Assembly (NCBI GenBank): GCA_963816535.1
Contig: CAWFKW010000003.1
Coordinates: 845,489 to 909,488, forward strand
From: an uncultured Ignavibacteria bacterium
Lineage (GTDB): Bacteria; Bacteroidota; Ignavibacteria; Tepidaquicellales; OLB5
DNA: 64,000 nucleotides
Direction of reading: 5' to 3'
The notes under the pieces are model-generated. The model saw only the letters and a program-made list of their open reading frames with translations. It did no database searches and had not been told where the DNA came from. Position numbers and translations under genes: made by a program. Shown in pieces: positions 24,841-34,162 of this stretch; positions within the stretch are counted from its first letter, which is position 1, and each line of letters begins with the position of its first letter.

Positions 24841-27800
24841 ATGCCGGAATTTGTAATTCGATCAAGGATAACTCCTAAGAAAAGCCAGGGCAATGTTATT
24901 CAAAGAGCGCGGCTTATCAAAGAAATTGACGCCAACAGGCAAAAGAATCTTGTTCTTGTTTGCGCACCCGCAGGCTACGGCAAAACCACGCTTGTGCAGG
25001 AGTATCTTTCGGCATATTCAGTACCGTTCGCATGGTTCCATGTTTCAACCGAAGTCGGTAATTTTTACACATTCGTAGTTTATATAGTTCATGCTCTCAG
25101 GACGCTGGATAAGGACTTAGGCGCCAACACTCTTGAAGCCGTTGAATCCCTTAAACAATCAATGAATCTTGTAAAAGACCTTAAGAACAGCGTCACAATA
25201 GTTATCGGAACCCTGATAAATGATATCCTGAACTCTGCCAGCCCTGAAATTACGATCGTACTCGACGATCTTCACGAGGCGCAGGATACTGACTGGTTTA
25301 AGACCGCTTTCGATACGCTGCTGGATGACTTTCCACCAAATCTGCGCCTGATAATTACATCAAGGAATATCCCTGATTTTAATTTTGCCAAGCTTACCGC
25401 CAAGAGAAATATTCTTAACATTGATTCCAAAAAGCTGCACTTTTCAAGAAACGAGATAGATGAGCTGATGAATAATATATACTCGATAAAAAGCTCAGGG
25501 AACGATTCTGAAATACTTGAAAAAAGCCTGAACGGGTGGATCACAGGAATCCATCTTGTTTTACAGGCTTACGGAGAAAATTTCAGAACCGCAGACCTCA
25601 GTTCAGGCGACATATTCGAGTTCTTTGCTGGAGAGGTTTTTGCCGGCCTAAATGACGATCTCAAAAACTTTCTGCTTGATACATGTTACCTGGATAGCTT
25701 TACGCCCGATGATTGCGATATTATTCTGGGCACAAAGACAAGCAAACAAATAATCGATGAACTAATAAACCGGAATATATTTATTGAGTCAGCTTCATAT
25801 GTTTCTGAGAGCGGCAAGCGGACAAATACATACAGCTATCATAAGCTCTTCAAGGAATTTCTCTCATTAAAACTGCATGAATCCCGCGACGGGGCCGAAA
25901 TAAAAGAAACCCTCCGGAGGATATACAATTTTTACATATCGCGTAATGATCTTTCTTCGGCTCTGGGATTTTCGCTGTTCGCAAAGGACATTGAAACATC
26001 AACGGAGCTCATAAAAAAGGTGTTTGACCGTGAGTTTGAAGATAACCAGTTTGAAAAACTGTGGAAATGGATCTCGGAATTCCCTGATGAAATTATACAA
26101 GGCGATGCATCGCTGCTGTATTACAAAGGGTTATTGCTCCGTTTATACAGGGGCGATCTGGAAGGCGCGCTGGCGCATATGCAGAAGGGGGTAAATTTAA
26201 CAAACAGGTCGGCCGATAACAGGCTCTATATAGATATTAACATTCAAGCGGCTGAAACGCTGCGGCTGCTTGGCAAACCTAACGATTCATTAAGCGTACT
26301 TGAATCCGTTTCGGCGCTAAACCCGTCGCCCTCAGACAAAGCCAAAATTCTTTACTCGCTTGCTTATACACTGTACAGGATAGGCCCGGAAAAGTATAAG
26401 AGGATCGGCGAAATAATAGACGAAGGAGTAAAAATATGTTCTGAAAACGAACTGGATTCACAAATGTTAAATTTTTATAACCTGCTTGGACTCATTAATT
26501 CGCACAGGGGAGATATAATCAAGGGCATTCATTACTATGAACTGGCTTTGCTGAAAGAGAAGTATATACTCTCAAAAATGAAGCTGATGAACAATATCAT
26601 CCCTCTCTATGTTTGGTCAGGCAATTACGCCAGGGCAAAAGAACTTTTAGAAAAAGCTGAGACTATGAACAGCTTGTTCCCTTCCGTCATTTTAAAACGC
26701 CTGCTTTTGAGAACAAAAGCGTTGTTCTATTTCGAATTCGGGGATTACGAAACCGCAATCGCAGCTCTCGAAGAACTCATAAGAACCGATATAAAAAACA
26801 ACAACAACAGGTTTCTTTTCATTAATTATTTGTTCATAGGCGAGTGTTATTTCTTTCTTAATAAACCGGAGCTGGCGGGCAGATATTATGAAATAATGCT
26901 AGAAAATATTGACCCGGCCGACTCATATCAAAAACTCGAAAATGATCTTCACATCGCTATCCTGAAAAAACAAACAGGTGCAGACGATTCTGTTGAACCT
27001 GCGCTGATGAACGCGCTCAATTATTTTGAAGATAACAGTCTTGTATACGCCAGGGCGCAAGTTGAATTTCATTTGGCAGATTATTATTACAAAAAAGGGT
27101 TGAAGGATACCGCGCTTAAATTTTTGAAAGATTCACTTGAGGTTTCGGCGGCAAATCAATATGTATCTTATCTTGAACAGCTGTATCCGCTTTACAGGTA
27201 TCTGTTTGATTTCGCCGTATCGAATTATGTTAGCAGGGATTTCCTGAAGTCGGTCCTTCAGAACATTGCAGCAAAAGAAGAGTTTATTTGGATATCCGCC
27301 GCGTTCAGGAAAAGACTTGGCGAGACCATTGATCTGCTTTCAGATATCAGCTTCAAGGCGTTTGGCGGGGCTGATCTAAGCGTCCGCGGAAAACATGTGG
27401 ACGAGGACCGCTGGGTGCGCAAGAAAAGCAAGCTTATATTGGCGTACCTGCTTCTGAACCAGGGCGCAAAATTCACAAAAGATAAGATACTGGGCTTATT
27501 TTTCGGGGACCTGAATTCTGCAAGCGCTGAAAACGTATTTCACCAGGCGATAACCAACATCCGCAGCGCATTAAGATTTGAAGAAGATACAGGCGCCGAA
27601 ATAAGATCTAAAGAAAAAACCAAAGCCAAAAAACCGGCCTCAAAAAAAGAGAAGGAAGCCGCGGCGGGCCCGGAATATATTCTATATGAAGATAAAATAC
27701 TGCGACTTAATCCTGATTATGTTTATAAAGTCGACGCTGTTGAATTTAATGCGATCTATCATAAGATAAAATCGGCTGAAACAAGCCCCGAAGTTAAGAT

Positions 27801-28173
27801 GAGCCTGGGCGCTAAGGCGATGGGCTCATACAAAGGAGAACTGCTCGCGGGAAATTATGACGACTGGTGCGAGGAACTAAGAACAAATTATGCAAACAAA
27901 TTTGCAGAGCTATGTGAAGAAATGATCTCTTTGTATAAGAAAATGAATAAGCCCGATGAAATCATTGAATACGCTGAACGATTGCTGCAAGCGGATAGGC
28001 TTCATGAAGAAGCATACATTGACTTGATTGAAGCTTATGTTAACTCAGGAAAAGCAAATATGGCAAAGACCAAATTCTCACAGATGCTGAAAACCTATGA
28101 TGAAGAATACGGCGAAAAACCTCCGCGAAAAGTGATGGACAGAATCGGGCAGTTGCTGGATGGCAAAGAATAA
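24841..28173 (+). CDS. large STAND/MalT-like ATPase regulator with TPR-like repeats and a C-terminal winged-helix plus BTAD (SARP-type) module
   Basis: N-terminus RARLIKEIDANRQKNLVLVCAPAGYGKTTLVQEYL (MalT-like Walker A). C-terminus ...KKSKLILAYLLLNQGAKFTKDKILGLFF... followed by the BTAD-like DRLHEEAYIDLIEAYVNSGKANMAK. Confidence 0.8.
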   Translation: MPEFVIRSRITPKKSQGNVIQRARLIKEIDANRQKNLVLVCAPAGYGKTTLVQEYLSAYSVPFAWFHVSTEVGNFYTFVVYIVHALRTLDKDLGANTLEAVESLKQSMNLVKDLKNSVTIVIGTLINDILNSASPEITIVLDDLHEAQDTDWFKTAFDTLLDDFPPNLRLIITSRNIPDFNFAKLTAKRNILNIDSKKLHFSRNEIDELMNNIYSIKSSGNDSEILEKSLNGWITGIHLVLQAYGENFRTADLSSGDIFEFFAGEVFAGLNDDLKNFLLDTCYLDSFTPDDCDIILGTKTSKQIIDELINRNIFIESASYVSESGKRTNTYSYHKLFKEFLSLKLHESRDGAEIKETLRRIYNFYISRNDLSSALGFSLFAKDIETSTELIKKVFDREFEDNQFEKLWKWISEFPDEIIQGDASLLYYKGLLLRLYRGDLEGALAHMQKGVNLTNRSADNRLYIDINIQAAETLRLLGKPNDSLSVLESVSALNPSPSDKAKILYSLAYTLYRIGPEKYKRIGEIIDEGVKICSENELDSQMLNFYNLLGLINSHRGDIIKGIHYYELALLKEKYILSKMKLMNNIIPLYVWSGNYARAKELLEKAETMNSLFPSVILKRLLLRTKALFYFEFGDYETAIAALEELIRTDIKNNNNRFLFINYLFIGECYFFLNKPELAGRYYEIMLENIDPADSYQKLENDLHIAILKKQTGADDSVEPALMNALNYFEDNSLVYARAQVEFHLADYYYKKGLKDTALKFLKDSLEVSAANQYVSYLEQLYPLYRYLFDFAVSNYVSRDFLKSVLQNIAAKEEFIWISAAFRKRLGETIDLLSDISFKAFGGADLSVRGKHVDEDRWVRKKSKLILAYLLLNQGAKFTKDKILGLFFGDLNSASAENVFHQAITNIRSALRFEEDTGAEIRSKEKTKAKKPASKKEKEAAAGPEYILYEDKILRLNPDYVYKVDAVEFNAIYHKIKSAETSPEVKMSLGAKAMGSYKGELLAGNYDDWCEELRTNYANKFAELCEEMISLYKKMNKPDEIIEYAERLLQADRLHEEAYIDLIEAYVNSGKANMAKTKFSQMLKTYDEEYGEKPPRKVMDRIGQLLDGKE

Positions 28174-28341
28174 ACAATAAATAGCAAATAATAGATACTG
28201 TAACACTACCTCCTCCCATGAAATCAAATCTTTCAAATTAATTTACAACCTTCAACTTATTGTTAATTAATCACTTGTTAATTGCGTTTTAGTTGTTCCT
28301 CCCTGTAAGGATTGTGTAAGAAGCCCTGTCAGGAATAAAAA

Positions 28342-28349
28342 TAGATTTG
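28342..28349 (+). promoter_or_regulatory. -7 box TAGATTTG upstream of the OMP gene
   Basis: Matches TAnnTTTG and lies 59 nt upstream of the ATG at 28408. Confidence 0.3.
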
Positions 28350-28407
28350 TAGTGTAAGGAATTAGAAAACACAAACAAATCTAATCAAAAAGAAAGGGAA
28401 TACTAAA

Positions 28408-29169
28408 ATGAAATCAATTAACAGTTTTATCTCAATAGCAGCTTTAATCGTTTCAATGGTTATATCATCTTCTTTATTCGCTCAGGATGATATCAATAAA
28501 GTTCTTGCACAGCTTGATACCAAAAGTTTCCAGCCGTTAACGGATGCTTTCAGTTCCGACATAAACTCAGGATTATATCATTCAGCAAAGGTAAACAAAT
28601 CTTTCAGCTTATACCTGGGTGTCAAAGCCTCCACAACAGGAATAGTTGAGGGCCCTTCGAACTTAAAGATCTCAAGCATGCCTTTTGCCGTTCCGCAGTT
28701 AACCCTCGGCTCGGTATTAGGAACAGATGTGACGCTGCGCTTCATGCCAAATATCACAATTGGCAAATACGGTTCAGTTAATACATTTGGATTTGCAGTA
28801 CGTCACAGCATCTCTCAATATGTAAAGAAAGCGCCGATTGATGCTGCGGTTCAGTTTGCTTATCAGAAATTTAGCGTTTCGGATACAAAAGATAACAACG
28901 CCGTTAACTCCGGTTCAATTGCCGCTAACCTGCAGTTCAGCAAAGAACTGAGCATATTTACATTCTACGCGGGAGTGCAGTATGAACAAACAACGGCTAA
29001 TTATACATTCAGTTATGACGGATTATCGCAGAACATAAATATCCAAAATCAAAATAATTTAAGGGGTACCCTTGGGCTGAATATTAAGCTGGGACCGGTA
29101 AATTTAAACGGCGATTGCAGCCTCTCAAAAAGCTCTTCATTTTCCGCCGGATTTGGGTTTGCCTTCTGA
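28408..29169 (+). CDS. outer-membrane beta-barrel protein (hypothetical)
   Basis: Signal peptide, alternating beta-strand pattern, and a C-terminal ...SAGFGFAF ending in an aromatic residue. Confidence 0.7.
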   Translation: MKSINSFISIAALIVSMVISSSLFAQDDINKVLAQLDTKSFQPLTDAFSSDINSGLYHSAKVNKSFSLYLGVKASTTGIVEGPSNLKISSMPFAVPQLTLGSVLGTDVTLRFMPNITIGKYGSVNTFGFAVRHSISQYVKKAPIDAAVQFAYQKFSVSDTKDNNAVNSGSIAANLQFSKELSIFTFYAGVQYEQTTANYTFSYDGLSQNINIQNQNNLRGTLGLNIKLGPVNLNGDCSLSKSSSFSAGFGFAF

Positions 29170-29192
29170 AAAATGGTATTTGTTAACTGAAA

Positions 29193-29217
29193 AGGCATGA
29201 TTGCAATTATCATGCCT
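29193..29217 (+). terminator. hairpin terminator candidate
   Basis: AGGCATGAT pairs with ATCATGCCT (9-bp stem, 7-nt loop). The following T-tract is weak. Confidence 0.5.
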
Positions 29218-29279
29218 CATTATTTGCACTTGAATTCTTGAATATAAATTATGAAATTTTAAAATAATCAAAATTAAAT

Positions 29280-30599
29280 ATGAAAAGAAAAATAGCTTGC
29301 CTTGCTTTCATTTTATTTTTCACTGCCGGGGCTTACTCTTCTGGCTCGTGGGTTGACCTCAATATAAACACAAACATTCAGCCCCTGTTTTCAGTATTCG
29401 CTGTCAGCAATACAACCGTTTGGGCGGGCGGATTGCAGGGAACGGTCATTAAAACTACGAATGAAGGTATAGATTGGTTTCCTCATGGCGGCGGACCGGT
29501 TGGGCAGCTTGACGTTTATGTGGTGGCCTGCATAGATTCACAAACTGTTCTGCTGGGCGTACACCAGCAAACCCCTGCGCTGACAGAGATTATAAGAACA
29601 TCAAATTCCGGACAATCCTGGTCAGTTCCATTTATTCAGCAATCAGGCTGGATTGACGATATTAAAATGATCAACTCAACAATGGGTTATGCATACGGCG
29701 ACCCGGTTGGCGGAAGATGGACGCTTCTTAAAACTACGAACGGCGGCAATTCCTGGGATTCTACAGGCATGTACATTCCTGAAACGAACGGCAATTTCGG
29801 GTGGTTTAACGCGATGAACATATATTATTCAGGCTTTAACGCGCCGATAATATGGTTCGGCACAAATGACGGGCTGGTTTACAGAAGCTCTGACGGCGGG
29901 TTTAACTGGGTATCCCAGGTGATACCGATGAACGGAGCCGTGTACAGCATTGCCTTCCAGGACGGCAACACGGGATTTTGCGGCTCGGATAACGCTGTTT
30001 GCGGTTCTACCAACGGCGGAACAAACTGGAGCCTGCTTAGCGCCCCTGATTCAGGGATTGTTAATTCATTTGTTTACAATTCCGGGACATTCTGGTACTC
30101 GACGGACAAATATATTTATTCCACAACAAATGAAGGAGCAAGTTTCATCTTGCAGCATTCGTCCCCGGGAAGTACGCCTTATCACCACATGAGCTTTGAA
30201 TATTCCCCAAATGCCAACATCAATTCTACAGTCGGCGGCTGGGCAATTACTGAAAAGAATATTGTTTCGCATTACACCGACCATAATATCGGCATTCAGC
30301 AAATCGGAACGGAAATTCCAAAAACATTTAAGCTGGGCCAGAATTTCCCAAACCCGTTCAACCCGGAAACCAGGATAAAATTTGATATTCCGGGCGGCCC
30401 GAATGGCGCTGACTCCGGCGTGAAGCTCTTAATATATGATGCAACAGGAAGAGAAGTTGCGGCGCTTATAAACCAGGCGCTCAAACCGGGTTATTACGAG
30501 ACAAGCTGGAACGCCGCTGATTATTCTTCAGGAATTTATTTTTACAGGATAACTGCCGGTTCGTTTGTTGAAACCAAAAAAATGATTCTCGTAAAATAG
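29280..30599 (+). CDS. secreted BNR/Ycf48-like beta-propeller protein with a T9SS C-terminal sorting domain
   Basis: Repeated SxxGGxxW motifs (SNSGQSW, TNGGNSW, SDGGFNW, TNGGTNW). C-terminus NFPNPFNPETRIKFDIP...GIYFYRITAGSFVETKKMILVK. Confidence 0.85.
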   Translation: MKRKIACLAFILFFTAGAYSSGSWVDLNINTNIQPLFSVFAVSNTTVWAGGLQGTVIKTTNEGIDWFPHGGGPVGQLDVYVVACIDSQTVLLGVHQQTPALTEIIRTSNSGQSWSVPFIQQSGWIDDIKMINSTMGYAYGDPVGGRWTLLKTTNGGNSWDSTGMYIPETNGNFGWFNAMNIYYSGFNAPIIWFGTNDGLVYRSSDGGFNWVSQVIPMNGAVYSIAFQDGNTGFCGSDNAVCGSTNGGTNWSLLSAPDSGIVNSFVYNSGTFWYSTDKYIYSTTNEGASFILQHSSPGSTPYHHMSFEYSPNANINSTVGGWAITEKNIVSHYTDHNIGIQQIGTEIPKTFKLGQNFPNPFNPETRIKFDIPGGPNGADSGVKLLIYDATGREVAALINQALKPGYYETSWNAADYSSGIYFYRITAGSFVETKKMILVK

Positions 30600-30719
30600 T
30601 TTTTCACCCGCGCAATTCATCTCAGCGCCGCTTGCTATGCCGATCAGGAAAATTTTTTGAAAAATTAATTTATTTTCATCACATAATATTAATATTTTTG
30701 TTATATTGTTTTTATACAA

Positions 30720-31181
30720 ATGGATAGTTTCACAAGAAGACAAAATATAAGGTATATCCTTCTTATCGCTGTGACGACGATGAGCGTATTCGCTTTGAGC
30801 ATGGCGTATTCGGGAAGCAGGCTGAAGAAGGAAAAAGTCAGGACAAACCAGGCAGATGTTTCCGCTGTTGACGCATATAATATTCTGAAGAACGGCAAAG
30901 ATAACGGCGGCGTGGTTGTGCTTGATCTGCGGACTCCGGGTGAATACGATGAAGGGCACATTGCCGGCAGCGTTCATATTAGTTATTTTGCCGATGATTT
31001 CAAAAAGAAACTTTCATCTCTTGACAGGAACAAAACATACCTGCTGTATTGCAAATCCGGAAGAGTCTGCCCTAAAGTAATAAAGAGAATGAAAAAGCTT
31101 GGTTTCAAAGAAGCGCACAAGATCTCAGGCGGCTTAAAGGAATGGAAAGCCCGTAACCTGCCGGTCGAATACTCCCGATAG
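30720..31181 (+). CDS. rhodanese-like sulfurtransferase domain protein (membrane-anchored or exported)
   Basis: VVLDLRTPGEYDEGHIAGSVHI plus the active-site loop CKSGRV. Confidence 0.85.
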   Translation: MDSFTRRQNIRYILLIAVTTMSVFALSMAYSGSRLKKEKVRTNQADVSAVDAYNILKNGKDNGGVVVLDLRTPGEYDEGHIAGSVHISYFADDFKKKLSSLDRNKTYLLYCKSGRVCPKVIKRMKKLGFKEAHKISGGLKEWKARNLPVEYSR

Positions 31182-31209
31182 TTCCACAGTAACCAATAAC
31201 AATACTGTT

Positions 31210-32235
31210 ATATCATCATTATTAACATATACTTCCAGAGGGCTGTACTGCCCCGAGGCAGACGTTTTTATTGATCCGGTTCGCCCGGTCGAGAACGCAA
31301 TAATTACACACGCCCACTCTGACCATGCCAGGCGGGGCCATAAGAAATACATTGCTCATCCGCTGACGGTTCCCATAATTAAACACCGGCTTAGCGGCGG
31401 AATAAATATTACAGCGCTTGAATACGGAAAAGTAATTCAGAAAAACGGCGTGAACATTTCGCTTCATCCTGCCGGCCACATACCCGGCTCTGCGCAGGTG
31501 AGAGTTGAATACAAAGGAGAAGTTTGGGTTTTTACCGGCGATTATAAAATTGAGAATGACGGTCTGAGCGATCCGTACGAGCAGTTGAAATGCCATACAT
31601 TCATTACAGAATCTACCTTTGCGCTGCCTGTTTATAAATGGAAAAAACAAAATGAAATATTTGACGACATTAATTCATGGTGGAGGTCAAATATCGCCGC
31701 GGGGAAGATCAGCGTTCTTACTGGTTACTCGCTTGGAAAAGCTCAGCGGCTGTTTAATAATGTTGACCGCTCTTTAGGGAAAATTTTCGGCCACGAACTT
31801 ATTACTTCCATAAATGAATTATTCATTGGCGCCGGATTGAACCTCCCGGATCTTGAAACTATCACAAACAAAATCAGGCGTTCCGATCTTAACGGGGCTA
31901 TGATAATAGCGCCGCCTTCGGTAACCGGAAGCGACTGGCTGGAACAATTCGCTCCTTTATCTGTCGGATTCGCTTCCGGATGGATGATACTCGGCGGAGG
32001 AAGAAGCAAAAAAGGTACAGATATCGGATTTGCATTATCTGACCACGCGGACTGGGACGGGCTTAATCACGCTGTAAAGGAAACAGGAGCGGAAAATATT
32101 TATGTAACCCATGGATATACTTCTGTCTTTGTCCGCCACCTGCAAAAATCAGGATATAATGCACACGAACTTAAATCGCTTGGAAAAGAGAACGCTGTGA
32201 TAACTCACCGGGGAGAGCAATTGAAGCTTTTCTGA
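31210..32235 (+). CDS. ligase-associated DNA damage response exonuclease (MBL/beta-CASP fold). The N-terminus has no canonical start codon.
   Basis: The ORF track starts at the GTG at 31450. The same frame is open from 31138 and encodes ISSLLTYTSRGLYCPEADVFIDPVRPVENAIITHAHSDHARRG (HxHxDH). The 5' limit of 31210 (ATA) is a guess. Confidence 0.7.
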   Translation: MSSLLTYTSRGLYCPEADVFIDPVRPVENAIITHAHSDHARRGHKKYIAHPLTVPIIKHRLSGGINITALEYGKVIQKNGVNISLHPAGHIPGSAQVRVEYKGEVWVFTGDYKIENDGLSDPYEQLKCHTFITESTFALPVYKWKKQNEIFDDINSWWRSNIAAGKISVLTGYSLGKAQRLFNNVDRSLGKIFGHELITSINELFIGAGLNLPDLETITNKIRRSDLNGAMIIAPPSVTGSDWLEQFAPLSVGFASGWMILGGGRSKKGTDIGFALSDHADWDGLNHAVKETGAENIYVTHGYTSVFVRHLQKSGYNAHELKSLGKENAVITHRGEQLKLF

Positions 32236-32675
32236 TATTTTGTTTGCGATGCATCCGTAAATGAATTGTTCCTTAGTTTTAAGTACAAAATCATCTTCTT
32301 TCGTAACTCATTAACGACAGGCAGCGTAAAACTATCGCGTTACGACTTCGCGTCGTGGCAGGAATTCCCGCTATTTATAGATTCTATTTGTTCTATTTGT
32401 TATAAATTTTGACGCCTTATAATTTCTCCGCGGCCTCCGTGTGAAATTATCTTTTGTTGTTTACACAGAGCATTTCATAATCCCTAAAATTTACTCTACT
32501 TTTACAACTTATTAACGATACTATCCTGCCATATATTAATAATTTTGACGCCGGATGATTTCTCCGTATGGAATTATATGTTTTACGCAGCTCGCACAGG
32601 CTCCAGGTCTGTTGTTTCAGAACTTCTTTCTCCTTATAAATAGAGTTAATTATTGCTTAAATTTGAAGTTCACAG

Positions 32676-34148
32676 TTGGAAAAGATATCAAAATACAGGG
32701 TTCTGCTTCTATTTTTGCTGGTTATGATAGTTCAGGCCATTTGGATAGCCTATTCAAACGGTTTCTATTTTATAGATGACTCCTGCCATTTTAACTATAA
32801 CAGGCATTTCTTAGAATCCTACAATTTCAGCATTGGGGCATGGCACCGCGTCGGACGCGTTTGGCTTTTCGCGCTTCCCGCGCAGTTCGGCTTAAAGGGG
32901 GTGCAGATCGCATCAGCGGCGCTGTTTCTGCTTACGATCTACTTTGCTTACAGGATACTCAAATTAAAAAAAATCAAATATGCCGAGTGGGTAATTCCTA
33001 TAATCGGATTTCAGCCTGTCCTGTTTAATATTTCATACACCGTTCTTGCAGAGCTTCCGGCGGCATTTTTGATAGTACTGAGCTGTTATTTTTATTTTAA
33101 AGACCGGTATGTTCTTACTATGATATGCGCGTCCTTAATTTTCATTTTCAGAACTGAATATTATTTTGTAGCCGGAATATTTTTACTGTTATATCTGTAC
33201 CATAAGAAGTGGCGCGCTATACCGCTCTTTTTTATCGGACCTCTCGCCTGGTTTCTGTATTCAACTGTCATTAGCCTTAATCCAAACCAGTTTTTTTACG
33301 ACATGGTTATACATGCCCGGCTGCCGCGAATTGAGGAAGGCATTGACTGGTATTATTACTTAATCCATTCGCCTGAAATATACGGTTTCGTGCAGACCCT
33401 GTTCTTTGTAGCCGCGATCGCTTTTATTATTATAAACAGAAAGGTACGCGATTACGCCATAATGTTCATAATAGCGCTTGGCGGCATAGCGGTTCATACG
33501 CTGCTTGCATTAAAAGACCTTAACCTTTCATGCAGCGTGGGACAGTTAAGATATGTTGCCGTAGTGGGACCGATGGTCGGCATAATTTCAACCGCGGGAC
33601 TAAGTTACTTCTTTGAAGCCGTAAAGCCTAAGTACATACGGCTGCCGCTCATGTTCATCTTCTTAGCGGTCATGTTCGTGTTAGGCCCTTATGCAACGCC
33701 GTTTCACAATAAATTTGAGATAGAAAAGGTATCGGATAAAATAGCCGAGCTGGTGCGAACACGTTACAAAGATTACATGGTGCTATCAAACCTGCATTAC
33801 GTTGCCAACTCGCTTGACCAGCCCGCTTCAGGAGGCGGTGATTTCCAAAACCTCACTCCTGAAAATATCAGGAAATATGATAAGGCGGTGATAGTCTGGG
33901 AAAAGAGCCTCGAAACATCGCCGTTCTTTGAAGGCGAACGCGAACCCCTGAAAAAACTTGAAAGCAATCCGCACATTAAGCTTGTTGAATCGTTTACAGA
34001 TACGGTAAACAACTGCACAAGCATCCCGATCTACAAATACAGAAAAGAAGATTACGACTCCCGCCGCTCGAGAGAATTTATAGATTACCTTACAAAAGAC
34101 CAGACCACATGGGAAAACATTGACATAAAGGTCTTTGTAAAAGAATAG
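32676..34148 (+). CDS. polytopic membrane protein, GT-C-like glycosyltransferase candidate
   Basis: About 10 predicted TM helices, a first-loop acidic motif YFIDDSCHF, and a soluble C-terminal domain. The TTG start is uncertain. Confidence 0.55.
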   Translation: MEKISKYRVLLLFLLVMIVQAIWIAYSNGFYFIDDSCHFNYNRHFLESYNFSIGAWHRVGRVWLFALPAQFGLKGVQIASAALFLLTIYFAYRILKLKKIKYAEWVIPIIGFQPVLFNISYTVLAELPAAFLIVLSCYFYFKDRYVLTMICASLIFIFRTEYYFVAGIFLLLYLYHKKWRAIPLFFIGPLAWFLYSTVISLNPNQFFYDMVIHARLPRIEEGIDWYYYLIHSPEIYGFVQTLFFVAAIAFIIINRKVRDYAIMFIIALGGIAVHTLLALKDLNLSCSVGQLRYVAVVGPMVGIISTAGLSYFFEAVKPKYIRLPLMFIFLAVMFVLGPYATPFHNKFEIEKVSDKIAELVRTRYKDYMVLSNLHYVANSLDQPASGGGDFQNLTPENIRKYDKAVIVWEKSLETSPFFEGEREPLKKLESNPHIKLVESFTDTVNNCTSIPIYKYRKEDYDSRRSREFIDYLTKDQTTWENIDIKVFVKE

Positions 34149-34162
34149 GAAGTCTTTTCATC

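Noticed and set aside
30528-31650. Minus-strand ORFs 30528-30977 (149 aa) and 31222-31650 (142 aa)
   Set aside because: They are antisense to the rhodanese gene and to the conserved N-terminus of the exonuclease respectively, and have no recognisable features.
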